Translations under genes and position numbers: made by a program
NCBI GenBank assembly: GCA_028023455.1
Contig: JAQFVV010000002.1
Span: 22,444,001-22,508,000 of the forward strand
Source: Epiperipatus broadwayi
Taxonomy: Eukaryota; Animalia; Onychophora
Direction: 5' to 3'
Length of the DNA stretch: 64,000 nucleotides
Shown here: positions 51,141-63,840 of the stretch, one piece after another
Position numbering within the stretch: position 1 is the first letter of the stretch
Layout of the letters: each line of letters starts with the position of its first letter
The notes under the pieces: model-generated
What the model was told of the DNA's origin: nothing
Seen by the model: the letters and a program-made list of their open reading frames with translations, nothing else
The model's database searches: none

Positions 51141-52349
51141 GCAGAAATAATATTAGTGTTTAATATTTTTTGAAGTTTTTCTACTCTGATTGTAACATTT
51201 TATATGTGTACAATAATTAACATTGTTTGACGGAGTTATTGTTTTATTTATTTATTAATATTAATAATTAAATGTTAATTTTAAAGAAGACATGTATATT
51301 CATAGTCACTTATATATAAACGTAAATATACAAACATAATAAAAGAATGCAGTAGATTATTTAAAGATGTGATAATGCCTATATCAAGTTCGTTTCATGT
51401 TGGTATAAGGTCTTGAATTTAAAAATAAAAAAACTTGCTTTTGTTTTCTCTCTTGTGGAAGAAAAATCATTCTGTCAAATTAGCAATTGAATGATATAAT
51501 AAATTAAAATGTTTTGATACTGAGTGAAAGCCAGATAAGCCTCGGGTTATGGGTAGAAGCGGCATGAATTGCGCAGGAAAGTGAAAGAGGCATGCTATAT
51601 TATATCGGATGAATACGCGATGAATAAAAAAGTCATTTTACACCATATCTAAGAAATGGCAAGTTTAAATTTTCCCATCCATATTTGCATATTTAATCTA
51701 TCCTATTTTGCATATTTGCACTTCATGAAAATTAAGGAATATTGTACTTCTTGAAAATGAAGGTTATATATACCTTTGAAAGCGCTAAAAAAAATCAATA
51801 AAAGTTTGTCATTTATTTATTTGATTTGATTGATTTATTTATTTATATATAGTCGAATTATATATGCGTGTGTATTCTTAATATTAACACAAATATTAAA
51901 GTTTTTACAAATATATTCTAACACATGGTTGAACGTTATATATTTCATTCTTATGCAAAATGACAAATATGTAGACTGGTTGCTGATTCACCTACATAAT
52001 GGGTTAAACCTCTATTACACTCTCTTAAATATATTAAACATTACACTTTTATAATTGACTTAGTTAGGGATATACCATTTAAAATTATTACCACTTTTTA
52101 AAATTATCTAGTTTCCTAATGCGTTCTTTTATTGTATATATATATATGTGACTATGAATATACATATAGGTCTTTTCAAAATTAACATTTAATTATTATT
52201 AATATATATTTATTTTAGTTTGTACTATCTATAATATTTAATTAATATGTATAAGTATTTCATTTAGTTTTTATACATATTGTAATACAAGTACAGAACA
52301 ATTTTTGTTTATATACACACACACACACATTTGTTTATTTATGCATATA

Positions 52350-52720
52350 TTTAATTATAAGGGACTTGTACTCTAACTTTCAAGCTCCCCCATCTATCCA
52401 ACCCATCTTATACAACCAATAGACATGACCACATACATGTGAAAAAGATAAATGATCTCCAATATACGTATTTGGAGAAGATTGAAGCTTGTCCATTATA
52501 GTTTGATGATTTGCTTTTTTAATATAAACTGAGCACTGATTGTATATATGTACGGAAGATTGTGATATTCACCAACTGATGAATTGTGGTTCAGCATGAA
52601 ATACGTATATTGGAGATCATTTATCTTTTTCACATATATATAATCAATATGTTTTGGTTGTATAAGATGGACTAGATAGGTGTAAGGAGCTTTAAAATCT
52701 GAATTCAAGTGCCTTATAAC
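52350..52720. mobile_element. Family B fold-back; HHR at 52572-52613 (+)
   Basis: Arms 52352-52472 and 52598-52720; ccaa CTGATGA...GAAA tacgta TA^ ttgg (stem II eroded). Confidence 0.82.
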
Positions 52721-53132
52721 TATATTATGTTTAGAAAATAATGCAGTTTTTTTAATATACACTAAATTTGCCATTGGTTGGTTAAATTTCCTATATAAAA
52801 TCTTCTAACCAATCGGGGTTTTTTTTTTGTCAAATATGTTGCATATGACTTGTAATTTTTGATCATTGGCATTTTACTATATTTCTTTCTGATGAAAACG
52901 CATCCTCTGGTTGTAATATAGGATACCAGTTATACCTACAAATAATTTTGTTTGTATAGTTTTTTTTCCTATATCTGAGTTAAATACTTCTGATAAATAG
53001 TCTAATCTATAATAATTCTGTATTTATATATTTGCAATACTTGTTTTCTATACTTTTGTTAATTTAATAACATGTTTTATAATGTAAAATAATATACATG
53101 TAAAAATTTATAAATATATATATATATATTAG

Positions 53133-53255
53133 GGAGATATATATACTATAGGTGAATTAGACCGGGAATCAACTCCTTCTTATTTGTTAATTATATCAGC
53201 TAGAGATGATTACAAAGATGGCTTCAATTTGGATAGCCGTGTTACAACAATTCAG
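53133..53255 (+). CDS. Cad88C: Cadherin exon 12
   Basis: (at)n-tag|GGA...CAG|gtataa; GDIYTIGELDRESTPSYLLIISARDDYKDGFNLDSRVTTIQ. Confidence 0.9.
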
Positions 53256-53719
53256 GTATAAATTAAGTTATAAGTTAATAATTTTAAATATTATTTGTAT
53301 GTATGTACTCATGTGATAATTACTCTTGAACAAAGCTTAACCAAATCCGATCAAATCACCAGTATAAACTCATCAACTTTGACATCATACTACGATGATC
53401 AGCCAATTAGCTCTTTCAGGAAATTGTTTCACTATTTTTATAATACACTTCTGTAATTAGTTATGACTATACTGATACTATCTCATTATATTGTATGAAG
53501 ATCCTTTTTTATATACATTGGCTTGTAGCTACTGAAAAATGGTGTTGTAAGCTATGAAGCAGTTCTGAAAGAGATGATTGGCTGGTTATTATATTGCCAT
53601 TAAATAATTGCCCTGGGATAGCTGGTTGGCTGGTTATTTTATTATTAAAGTTTGCAACACAACTAGTGAACTGACTTCTGGATTTGTTTAAAAACTTTAT
53701 TAAGGAAGAATTAACTTTT

Positions 53720-53802
53720 TTTGCCCCCCATGTGTCATAGCATCAGCCGGGAAGCAAACCCACTAACCCGGGACAACTGCTTCTAAAGCAGCTGTCACTG
53801 AA
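53720..53802 (-). mobile_element. Family H SINE (5'-truncated) with TSD
   Basis: rc ...gggtttgcttcccggctgatgctatgacacat; aattaactttt duplicated at 53709 and 53803. Confidence 0.68.
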
Positions 53803-55155
53803 AATTAACTTTTAGTAATACTAATTTAGCTATATACACATTTTCATATCTGTTAAAGTAAAAAATTTAATTGATTAGATGCTTAAAAATTAACACAAAT
53901 GATGTATTCAATATCTGAAAAAAATTTACATACAAAGATTATAACCGTTAGAAAGAGTTAACGCTTAGACAATCCCATATAGATAACAGTCTCAAACTGT
54001 TGTCAAGGCAGCCTCATTTTAACAATAAAGGAAAAACAATAAAGCAAATGAAAATCACTTTAAATACATTTGAATTGACAGTAATCAAAGTTACATTACA
54101 TCATAAATAAAAATTCACTTGTAATAGAAATTAGGAATAAGGTCATTCAGTACTATAGAATTAAATCTTGGATTACAAAACTGACAATGTTTCTAACAAT
54201 TATTAGTAATATTTTTTGGTTTCACAGAAAAATTTACTATAGTCGTAGACAGAATTGGTTTTAATGTCACAACATCAGTGGGGGGTAGTTATTTCCATTT
54301 TAATTACAGATATTTAAAAAAGTTATGATTGTTTATTATAGTCGTAGTTTATACATGAGAGATAGTCATTTTTAATTGAAGTCAGGAATTCTACTGATTG
54401 GTTAAAAGGGGGGAAATGCTTTGGTGCCAATTCTGTCAATACTTTTTTAGCATCTGAATTAGCAGCAAAATCAATTACAGATTGGGTAATAACATTCATA
54501 CTTTTATTTATTAATCAAAACTACCCCAAATCCACAACTCAACCAGACTAGCCAAAAAATAAACTCTAAAGCACAACCAATGATTTCACTGCTACAAGCA
54601 GATTTTCAAGTGTAGAGAAATACAAAGTAACAATATATTTAAACTAAACATACCCACAATTCCACTCCCCATACACCCTTAATATTAAAAGAACTTTTTA
54701 ATAAGTTAATTGCTTCAGAATCATAATAATAAAGATTCTTAAATTCTTCTTTTTGTTTCATTTCTCTCAAAGAAGACAACCTTAGCTTCATCAAAATTAA
54801 TAGTGTAGCCTGTATCTTTTTCATGGATATATAAAACAGAACTTAGATATTTATTTCTAACCCAATTTTTTATGTACCTTTTTTCTTTCATTTAAGCTCA
54901 AACTATTCTAACCTATATATATATATACCTTCTTACAATGAAAAATCGGGTGGAAATGGCAAAAGATAGTTAAGTAAAGCAAAACTTATTTACAAGAAAA
55001 TTTGAAACTTTTATAGATAATACAATTGTGCTTATACAAAATATCAGTTACTTGAAAATCACATACTTCTACGTTTTCAATTTTTTTAGAATGCAATATT
55101 ATATTTGACTTCTATTGTGGTGGGTTTTAGCTTGTCCTTTAATTTTTTCATTTAG

Positions 55156-55354
55156 ATTTCTGTAGTAATTCAGGACATTAATGATAATGCTCCGCAGATT
55201 AAAGAAGATTCTCAGTGCATAAAACTTCAAGAAACCGATAAAAAAGGAAAACAAGTTTACGAAGTGAAAGCTTCTGATGCTGATGACCCGAGGTCACCCA
55301 ATTCTCAGGTTGAATTTTATTTTCCAAATGATACAGAATTGAACAATGGCTCAG
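55156..55354 (+). CDS. Cad88C: Cadherin exon 13
   Basis: tttag|ATT...G|gtaatt; ISVVIQDINDNAPQIKEDSQC...ASDADDPRSPNSQVEF...NNGS. Confidence 0.93.
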
Positions 55355-57074
55355 GTAATTTTAATTATCAAATATTTTACACTTAAGTTATAGTCCATAT
55401 CTGTCTTTAGTATTTATTATGTCTATAGGTTTTTTTTTTCCATTCACATCCAAATAGATATTTTTAAAACTTTTTGCTGAGTTATAACAGCACTTTAAGC
55501 ACAACTTTCTTAACGTAATTGCCGTTATTTTTGCAGCTTAATATCAGTGGAAAACTGGATCTTATTAAAGTTGCTTTCAGCAATTTAGAACAGTTTAGCA
55601 AAAGATAGTAATTAGATATTTTATATTTATTAAAAAACAGAAATGCATGCTAAGTTCTCTCAATGAAGACATGTAGTGATAACCAACCAATGTGTAATCA
55701 GTCAATAACACTCGAACATTGTCAACGATAATTTTCAGTTGCTGGTGTCCTCTTAAATGCAATTTATTTTAGCGTGTAAATATTTAGAATTAACATTGTA
55801 AGCTTTATAATCAATTTTTTACATAGCAGTATTTTGTTTTAAAAATATTATAGTTAGTTGCTTGAGAGGTCATGTGACACTCGAGCACTGGAAATAATAG
55901 TTTGAGCTTTGATTTGCAATCCCTTAGATCTCATGTTTGTTGCTTTATTGCTCTTCTAAACTATGCAGAGCGAAATGTAATATTTAAACACTTTAAATAC
56001 TTTTTTATTATTATTTGTGAGAAATACATTATCGTGATCTTGAATTATCAAAATTCAGGTCATGAACCTTCCACATCTGTTGAGATTTATCAAATCTTCA
56101 AATTGGGCTCTTCTGGGGTTAGTTTTTATCCTTTGATATTAAAATGAGGTAACAGTATGATGATTATTCAGAAGGCCATGTGGCAATTGAAAATCCTAAG
56201 TCGCAAATTGAGAATTTAATTATTTTACAGAGACTAAACTTAGTTTTTTTATATTTATGTTACTCGGCTGAGAATAAATTCTGGAAACCTCAATTCTGAG
56301 CCCACCAATGCACTAAATTGTAGATATCATTTTTCAATATTCTTCTGAGAGTTGCGTTATTTTATCAGTTGTCATCTTTTTTTTTTTCATATATTCTTAA
56401 TCTACCTCATTTTAAAAATGTACGTTTTACATTAGTGGTATCAGTTTTGAGATTAATACATTCATTTTGTTTCTGTTTTTTTTTTTTTTTTGTTATCTAC
56501 AAATTGCAAATCTATTTCGAGATCCATTTGACATACTGAGAACTTATTTAATCATTTAGGCTTCTATGAATATGTTAATTATTTGGGGAAACAATACTTT
56601 CGCTAAAATTTAAGGCTTTAAAAAAAAAAGTATATATTCATAAAAATGTAGTTATTATTCTTTCTTTCCTGGATTGTTTGTTTTCAATCTGATTCATTTA
56701 TTTAACTTTAAAGAAAAGATAAGAACACATTTTTTATATGTGGAAGTTGATTAGTCTCAGTAATGTTAGAAGTTGGAAATAAATTATGATACAGTGATTA
56801 GTGTCCTTACTGCATTACGAATTATGAAAACTTATCTGTCGTTTTACAAATAGACAAACGACTTAATAAAATGGACTAACTTTCTTCTTGGTATGGTAAA
56901 AGCATTAAAATGTTATATGGAAAAATCTCTATAGAAATTTAATAATGTGTTTTAAACATTTCTTTAAAAAATGATGTAGACATCTTTACGTGTGAAGACA
57001 ATCGATTCATTTGATGCATCTATCTATAGTTCTCTAATATTTGTAAATTATGGTCTTTTCTCATTGATAATGAT

Positions 57075-57320
57075 CACCTAAACATCACATGATCACCATC
57101 TCATACTAGCACATAATTGTTGTAAACAAAGGCAAAACTCTCCATACAGTAGTGCTACCCTGTGCTAACCAGAGTAATCAATAGATGCCAGAAGGCTTGT
57201 GCATAAAATGAGTAGGCACTAGAGAGGGATTTTATGCACAAGCCTTCTGGCATCTATTGATTACTCTGGTTAGCACAAGGTGGCACTACTGTATTGAGAG
57301 TTTTGGCTTTGATAATGATC
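57075..57320. mobile_element. Family A fold-back (arms about 78 bp) with left tail
   Basis: Arms 57131-57209 and 57229-57305. Confidence 0.85.
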
Positions 57321-57554
57321 AACTAGTATTCAGATCATGGTAAAATTAATAATGAAATCAAAAATATATCACTTGGTAACTAAGTGCATATAAAGCATTA
57401 GATAACTTTCAGTTTGTTTTTAATAATTATTTTAACGTGAATGATCTCTAAACTAAGCCAATTTATCAAATTTTAAAATAAAAGTAACTTAAAATGAGTT
57501 CATTATACAATTAGAATTTAAAAGGTTTTGGCAGTTGTAAGCATTTAAATTGTC

Positions 57555-57745
57555 ATTAAACAATTCAAAACAACACTCTCCATATAGTAGTGCCATCTTG
57601 TGCTAACAAGAGCAATCAATGTAATTGATTGCTCTTGTTAGCACAAGATGGCACTACTATATGGAGAGTGTTGTTTTGAATTGTTTAATAACAATTATTG
57701 TGCTAGTATGAGATAGTGATCATGTGATGTTTAGTGGTTTAACAT
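57555..57745. mobile_element. Family A perfect hairpin (66-bp arms, 3-nt loop) with right tail
   Basis: Arms 57555-57620 and 57624-57689. Confidence 0.9.
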
Positions 57746-58009
57746 TTAAATTGTCCTTATTTATGAATTAGTGCTCTACTTATTTTATTCTGTCCATATT
57801 CAGAATTTTTATTTTATACCGAATTGGTAAGCTTATAGCAGACATTTCAGAAGCAAGCACCATAAATAAAAAAAATAGATGTAATCACAAATAAAACATA
57901 GAAAGTGTACCAAATAAAAAAAATATTGCTAACAGTAATGTTCCAAGATGGTTTTCTTTTTCATTTCGGACGTTTTATTTCATTTCACAGCTTGTTTTAA
58001 TATGAATGT

Positions 58010-58600
58010 CAGTGATACCTGTTCATTCTCTTTTCAATGTATATTTGTTTTTTGATCTCTTCTTATTACTTCTAATATATATCTTTCCATAGTTTTTTGA
58101 GTGAGCTGAAATCACTCTCCTGTTTTTCTGTTGGGTGTTCAAGTCTCAAATCCAGAATTGGCAAAACAGATCTATTAAAATTCTTTCTTTGCAAACACAT
58201 ATGACCTAATTTCCTTTTAGTACTAAGTTATATCAGCTAAAAGCATTTCATTTAAGTTTATTCTACGATTAATTTCATTTATTATGTTTCCATCTGTATT
58301 GATAATCTGATCAAGATATTTATGGTTGTTACCTTCTAACTCGTAATTATCAAACGCTATTTTCTTTTTTCAAGAAAATCTACTGGGACATAATTTTTAG
58401 TCTTTTTAACATTTACTTTTACTCCTACCTTTTTACTTTTATCTTATAATTCTTGTAATATTTCCTGAAGGTCTGAAGCATTATTTTCAAAAATAATCTT
58501 ATCATCCACAACATTTACATGATTGAATAATCGCTATGAATTTTTACTCCTTTAGTTTTCCATTTCAATCCCACAAAACAGTTTTAGAGATATAGAATTA
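58010..58600 (-). mobile_element. Decayed RTE LINE fragment
   Basis: Colinear with the 5550-6050 RTE copy. Confidence 0.6.
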
Positions 58601-58779
58601 CCCAATGTTAATCTTGGTATTATCATATAATCTAATCACTGTTATTACATTTTGATAAATATTCTTTATATGTTTGACGACCTAATGTATTTATCAACAT
58701 GCTGCTATGTCTATTAATAGATGCATATTCAGATATATAATTATTTAATGATCAATGAATTTTACTAGCTAAATGTCAG

Positions 58780-59421
58780 ATTGTAATTCTATTTAGAAGG
58801 TAATAAAATCTCCTCACTAGTCTCTTACATAATATTAAATCATCGATGTTAAATATGAGGATATTCTCGTTCCAACTACAAGATAAAGACTGAGAAAATA
58901 ACGACCTAGTGGCCATCTTATTTTTAAACCTAAATGCACTTATATAGACTAATTATTTTCTTAAAGTCTTTATCTTATGGCTGGACTGAGAGTAAACTTG
59001 CATTTAATGTCACTGATTTAATATTATGCACGGGGCCAGTGAGAAGGGTTTATTACCTTCTAAATAGAATTACAATATGACACTGCGCTAGTAAAATTTA
59101 TTGATCATTTCATAGTTTAACATATTCTAATATTATCATGAAGTGAATTATATTTCCTAAGTGTTAATAGAATTATTAAAAGAAATTGATGTAAAGTGAA
59201 TTATAATAATATATTCATGCTCTTATTTCAAGACACTTAAGATTGGCCTATAGAGTGCATTTAGGTTTGAAAATAAGATGGTCATTAGGTCATTCTTATT
59301 TTCTCAGTCTTTATCTTGTAGTTGAAATGAGAATATCCTCACATTTAACATCGCTGATTTGATATTATGTAAGAGACTAGTGAGGAGGGTTTATTTATTT
59401 CCTTCTAAATAGAGTTATAAT
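58780..59421. repeat. Inverted repeat, arms about 170 bp, spacer about 300 bp
   Basis: Arms 58780-58950 and 59247-59421; partial third copy at 59035-59075. Confidence 0.82.
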
Positions 59422-60037
59422 GTATTTAATTAAATTAATTTCTAAAATGCGTATCTAATAATAGGTGCATATTCAGATATGTAATATATTTAATTAAATT
59501 GACTTTTGGAATTTCAATTTAGTTTTTATTTAAAACTCTTTATCATTTGACTAATGCAAAATATATATAGGGGAAAAACTTTTTTAACGAAAAAAAAGTT
59601 GAATTATTGAAATTATGTAATTTGAAACTGTAAATATTTGTTGTCTGAATATATTTATATGTTTTCAAATTTATTAATATTGTATTTTAATTTTTCTGCA
59701 CTCTAAAATATATTGTTATAATATTTATATTTTTCATTATTTATCGTGGGTGCAGGCAGTATATAAGTAGAAAGAGAAAGGCTTTAATCTTTTCCATATG
59801 TGCCTTAAATATTTGTATTCTAACCAAACAATGTAGTTTTTGGCTATAGAGGGACCTCTCAAATTTCAACACAAGATAGGGACTTTAAAATAAGAATAGC
59901 TGTCTTATCTTTAACTTAAATTCTTACTTATATAGGCCAGTTTAAAGCATCTTGATTTGAGAGCATAAAGTGATTACTCTCTTCACATTTAAATTCACTC
60001 TTTCTTTTTTACAAATTAACTTAATATTTATATTACT

Positions 60038-60678
60038 TAATTATAGGGGATATGAACACAGATTTTCAAACTCCCTTCAGCTAACCAATTTATCTCATAC
60101 AACCGATATGCATGACCACACACATATGAAAAAAATGAATGAGCCCCAATATATGTATTTCATGCTGAACCAGCACTCATCAGTTGGTTTAGATCATCGT
60201 CTTCCACATATATATATAATCAGTACTCGGTTTATATTAGGATAGCAAATTTTCAAACTTTAATGGACAGGCTTCAATCTACTCCACTCTCCAACTCTTC
60301 AGTCATCCATACCATTGAAAATCTGATGATGGAATGTAAAATCTCTTGATGATACCAATATTATTGTCATGCTCATGTTGACCTTAAGTCACTCTGACCC
60401 TCTGATATATAGGACTTTGTTCATTTAAATACACAGTAGATTGAAGCCTGTCTATTAAACTTTGAAAATTTGCTATCTTAATATAAACCAAGCACTGATT
60501 ATATATATGGGTGGGAGATGATGATTTGGCCCAACTGATGAGTGCTGGTTCGGCATGAAATACATATGTTGGAGGTCATTTATCTTTTTCACATGTGTGG
60601 TCATGTGTATTAGTTGTATGAGATAGGTTGGATAGCTGAAGGGAGCTTGAAAATCTGGATCCAAATCCCCTATAATTA
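60038..60678. mobile_element. Family B fold-back (arms about 245 bp)
   Basis: Arms 60038-60283 and 60436-60678; HHRs at 60146-60187 (-, intact) and 60531-60572 (+, N17=G). Confidence 0.88.
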
Positions 60679-61042
60679 CATCTAAATTCCATGGATATAA
60701 AGCATACCTGCATTTAAATATTAATATTTTTAACCTAAGTTAAAGTAAAAAAATATTAATTCTTTCCTAATATAAAATGTGATGTATTGTTTTTATCTTA
60801 TTGATATATTGCATTTGTATATACTAGTCATTTTTATATGTGGTATTATTTAGCTGATTACATAGATTAAAAAAGCAAATGATAACAATTAGATTAATAG
60901 AAATATATATATACTAGTATAATAAAAAAAAAATCTAGCATATACAGAGAGGTGTTCATTTTTTTAAACTTAATTTATTATTGATTTTTAATACTATATA
61001 TGTGTAAAAAATATACTTAATTATATTTGTTATAATTTATAG

Positions 61043-61257
61043 ATTTATTTACAATTCACAAGCAATCTGGTATAGTACGTGTTTCAAAAGATTTATTGGG
61101 TCTCTATGGTGATTATTTCATAACTGTCATTGCTAAAGATAAAGGAAAACCATCTCTATTTACAAATGCTACGTTTAAAATTTGTATTGAAGATTATAAT
61201 GACAATGCCCCTGAATTTCTCTACCCTCCCACTAATATAACTCTTCGGTTAGCAGAG
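61043..61257 (+). CDS. Cad88C: Cadherin exon 14 (gene continues beyond window)
   Basis: ttatag|AT...GAG|gtaagt; (D)LFTIHKQSGIVRVSK...AKDKGKPSL...ICIEDYNDNAPEFLYPPTNITLRLAE. Confidence 0.94.
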
Positions 61258-63736
61258 GTAAGTTTTGGATAATAATAATAATCTTATATTTTTGATTATA
61301 TGTTCAGTAATGTATAATGGAATAGAAGTTTGAAATATATTTAAAAATATATATATGAAGTTAAGTTTAAATAGCTCTAGTATCATTCTTGAAAAACTGC
61401 AATGAATGATTTTAATGTAGCCATAGCGTGAGAGTTTAGGTTGATGGGTAATTGTGATAGGAATGAGGTAAGTGGAAGATGCACTGATAAAAATAAAAAC
61501 TTGTACATATATTTCAAATTTATATATAAATATAATTTGTATAGTGCATTATAAACTGTATGTGTTTAAACATTATTCACTCTATTAAAAAATGTTACAG
61601 GATTAATTTGCATAAATATTAAGATTACCAGATTTGTGAATATTATAACTGGGATAAGAGGGTGAAGTGGCCCCCGAAGAAAAAAAATTGAAAAATTAGT
61701 TACGAAAGCTAAATTTTAAAAACATTTTTAGTCAGGATAAAAATCCTGTAGAGGCAATCACATTTGTCACCCCCCCCCCTTCTGAACTTATATAACCCAA
61801 TTACATAAAGTGAGTAACAGTTTGGGCAACCATAAATTCAAAATGCTGTTTAATAAAAAGATGATGTTATCAATACATATTTTTTATAAACTTCAATCTT
61901 AAACTAACAAATTTTAAATTTAAAGTGGGCACTTACATACATTTTTAATTTGTGATATTTGTATAAGTTAAAAATGTATGTATGTTTATAAATGACATTT
62001 ACATGTGAATGAACTTGGCTTCCATGATACAATAAGCAGCAGCGTAACAGAACATTAGACATCTAACTATCACACACTATGAATTAAAGTTTTATTAATA
62101 TAATATTATCAGTGGTGTGTAGGTTTTGTTTAACAAATGAATAATTAATTATTAATTGCAAAACAAGTGAGAAAATGCAATTTTCAGGATTTTTTTTTTT
62201 TTGACTAGCTTTGACAAATTGGGATATTTGACAGTTCTAAAACATCTTATCAGAATACAAGGATTTGAGACTCCAAATCAGTCCTCTCCCAGAAAAGTGG
62301 GACATCTGACAATTCTCATAATTTTTTTTAATTACTCCACAGTATCTGAGGAGTTTCTAGTTATTGAGTGAAAGATATAATATGTCAATGCTAGTGGCCA
62401 GCTCTGAAACAACCTATCTTTTACCACAATTTGTATAATTAAATTATAAATTCAATTTTACATAAAACAACTTGAAATCCATGCATGTGAATATGTGCAT
62501 AAATTTCTCAAAATTAAAATTAAATAAAGTAGTTTAATCTATGATTCAATTTTAAAAATATTTTATTACTTTATTTCTATTGGTTTCCATACTTATAGGA
62601 AATTACCAGGAAAAAAAAATCTCATTTAAAAAATTTGAATATACACAGATATACAGTAATACAAATATTTTCGAATAAATTGAAAACAAATATAGATTTG
62701 CCACATGGTTTAAAAAATTATTCAGACCTATATAATCTAAAAAATAAAAACAAAGTATTCAAATTCTTATGAAAATCAGATTTGTTTTATTAATTATGCA
62801 AATTATATGCCGCATAAATAATGACAACAGAAAAGGCAAGTCTTTAAGCACAGCTATTTTCTTGTATGTTAAAGTGAAATAGTTTTGTTGTTTGAGCAGA
62901 ATATTTACATATAGACTGTATAAACAGAATAAAACATGATTTAAAATTATGCAAATTTGAATTTTAAATACTTTGTTTTTAGATTGTTTTGAATTATTTT
63001 TTAACTATAAAATATTGTGAAATTTGTTTAACACATTAAATTTTAATTTATTTAAAAATATTTTTGAATGGATGTATATATTCAGAGATTTTAAAAAGTT
63101 GTTTCTGATGATGAAATTTTGTTGTATTTTTTTTTAAAAAAAGAAAAACAATAAATAACTTAGTTTCACAACTATTGGTAAAATAAATATTTTCTCTTTT
63201 ACTTTGAAAAACTTATTTTTTTCTGCTCTGTAATATTATAATTGGATTTACCATTAATTTTAACAATATATACAATATATGGTATATTATTATGGATTTC
63301 TATTATTTTATTGTTTGTAGGTGGTTTGAGTGGAAAAATCTATTACTAGAAAAAAAAATTTTGAACTAGTGACCTGTATTCATTAAAATTCAATTCATAC
63401 TTTAATTCTATGCATATTATTATTGGCAAATTTTTTGAAATCTTTACTGTCTTACAAGTCTTTTGAATTTTGGATGTAACCTTATTTTTTAGGTGAAATT
63501 ATTGTTGCTATTACCATACTTGCCAGCATATAGGATGCACTTTTCCCCCTCAAAATATGCCTAAAATATAGGGTTGCATCATATGTGGTGATAATCAAAA
63601 TTATGACTTAAAGTTTCAGTCAATCTAAAACTTCTGGTTTATATTAATATATAAATAAGTATTCTATTACATTTTGTCCTTTTGTGGAACAAAAAAATAT
63701 TTACAAATACATATGTATATAAGTATGCATGTAGAC

Positions 63737-63840
63737 CAGGGGTCCCCAACCCTATGCCGCTTTCACCATTGTGCCCATAGACCATTTTACGTGTGCCCTC
63801 CGCTATCCGAATACAATAAAAAATTATTTATCTGATACAA
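63737..63840 (+). mobile_element. Left end of a hAT (Charlie-type) DNA element or MITE
   Basis: caggggtccccaacc TIR preceded by atgtagac (NTCTAGAN-like target); right end not seen in window. Confidence 0.55.

Noticed and set aside
55165-55173. Alternative acceptors inside exon 13 (tgtag, cag)
   Set aside because: The first shifts the frame; the second removes the beta-strand before DINDNAP. There is no expression evidence.
1942-57745. Family A as a classical MITE with TIRs
   Set aside because: A conserved tail on one side only, variable fold centres, no fixed TSD and an internal hammerhead fit a PLE-type retro-element better.
8788-60572. Idea that all sense-strand ribozymes have been inactivated by selection
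   Set aside because: Copies at 39567, 33425 and 16610 look intact on +, and several antisense copies are broken too; no clear bias in this sample.
754-60664. Most short ORFs in the supplied track
   Set aside because: They are low-complexity AT-rich frames or translations of non-coding repeats (for example family B at 3553, 52496, 59970, 60473; the mirror ORFs at 40816/40879 come from a palindrome). Only cadherin, RTE and PLE-related ORFs are supported.
16479-60678. Palindromes as amplification or assembly chimeras
   Set aside because: Most arms differ by substitutions, indels and CpG decay, and one has an arm-specific SINE. Only the perfect 57555 and near-perfect 46874 hairpins still need read confirmation.
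61650-62330. MITE-like ends (gggtgaagtggcccc, gggacatctgacaa)
   Set aside because: Too degenerate to define termini or TSDs.
63493-63533. Possible 15th exon (tttttag|GT GAA ATT ATT GTT GCT, GEIIVA)
   Set aside because: Wrong phase after exon 14 (phase 0) and it reaches a stop after 13 codons.
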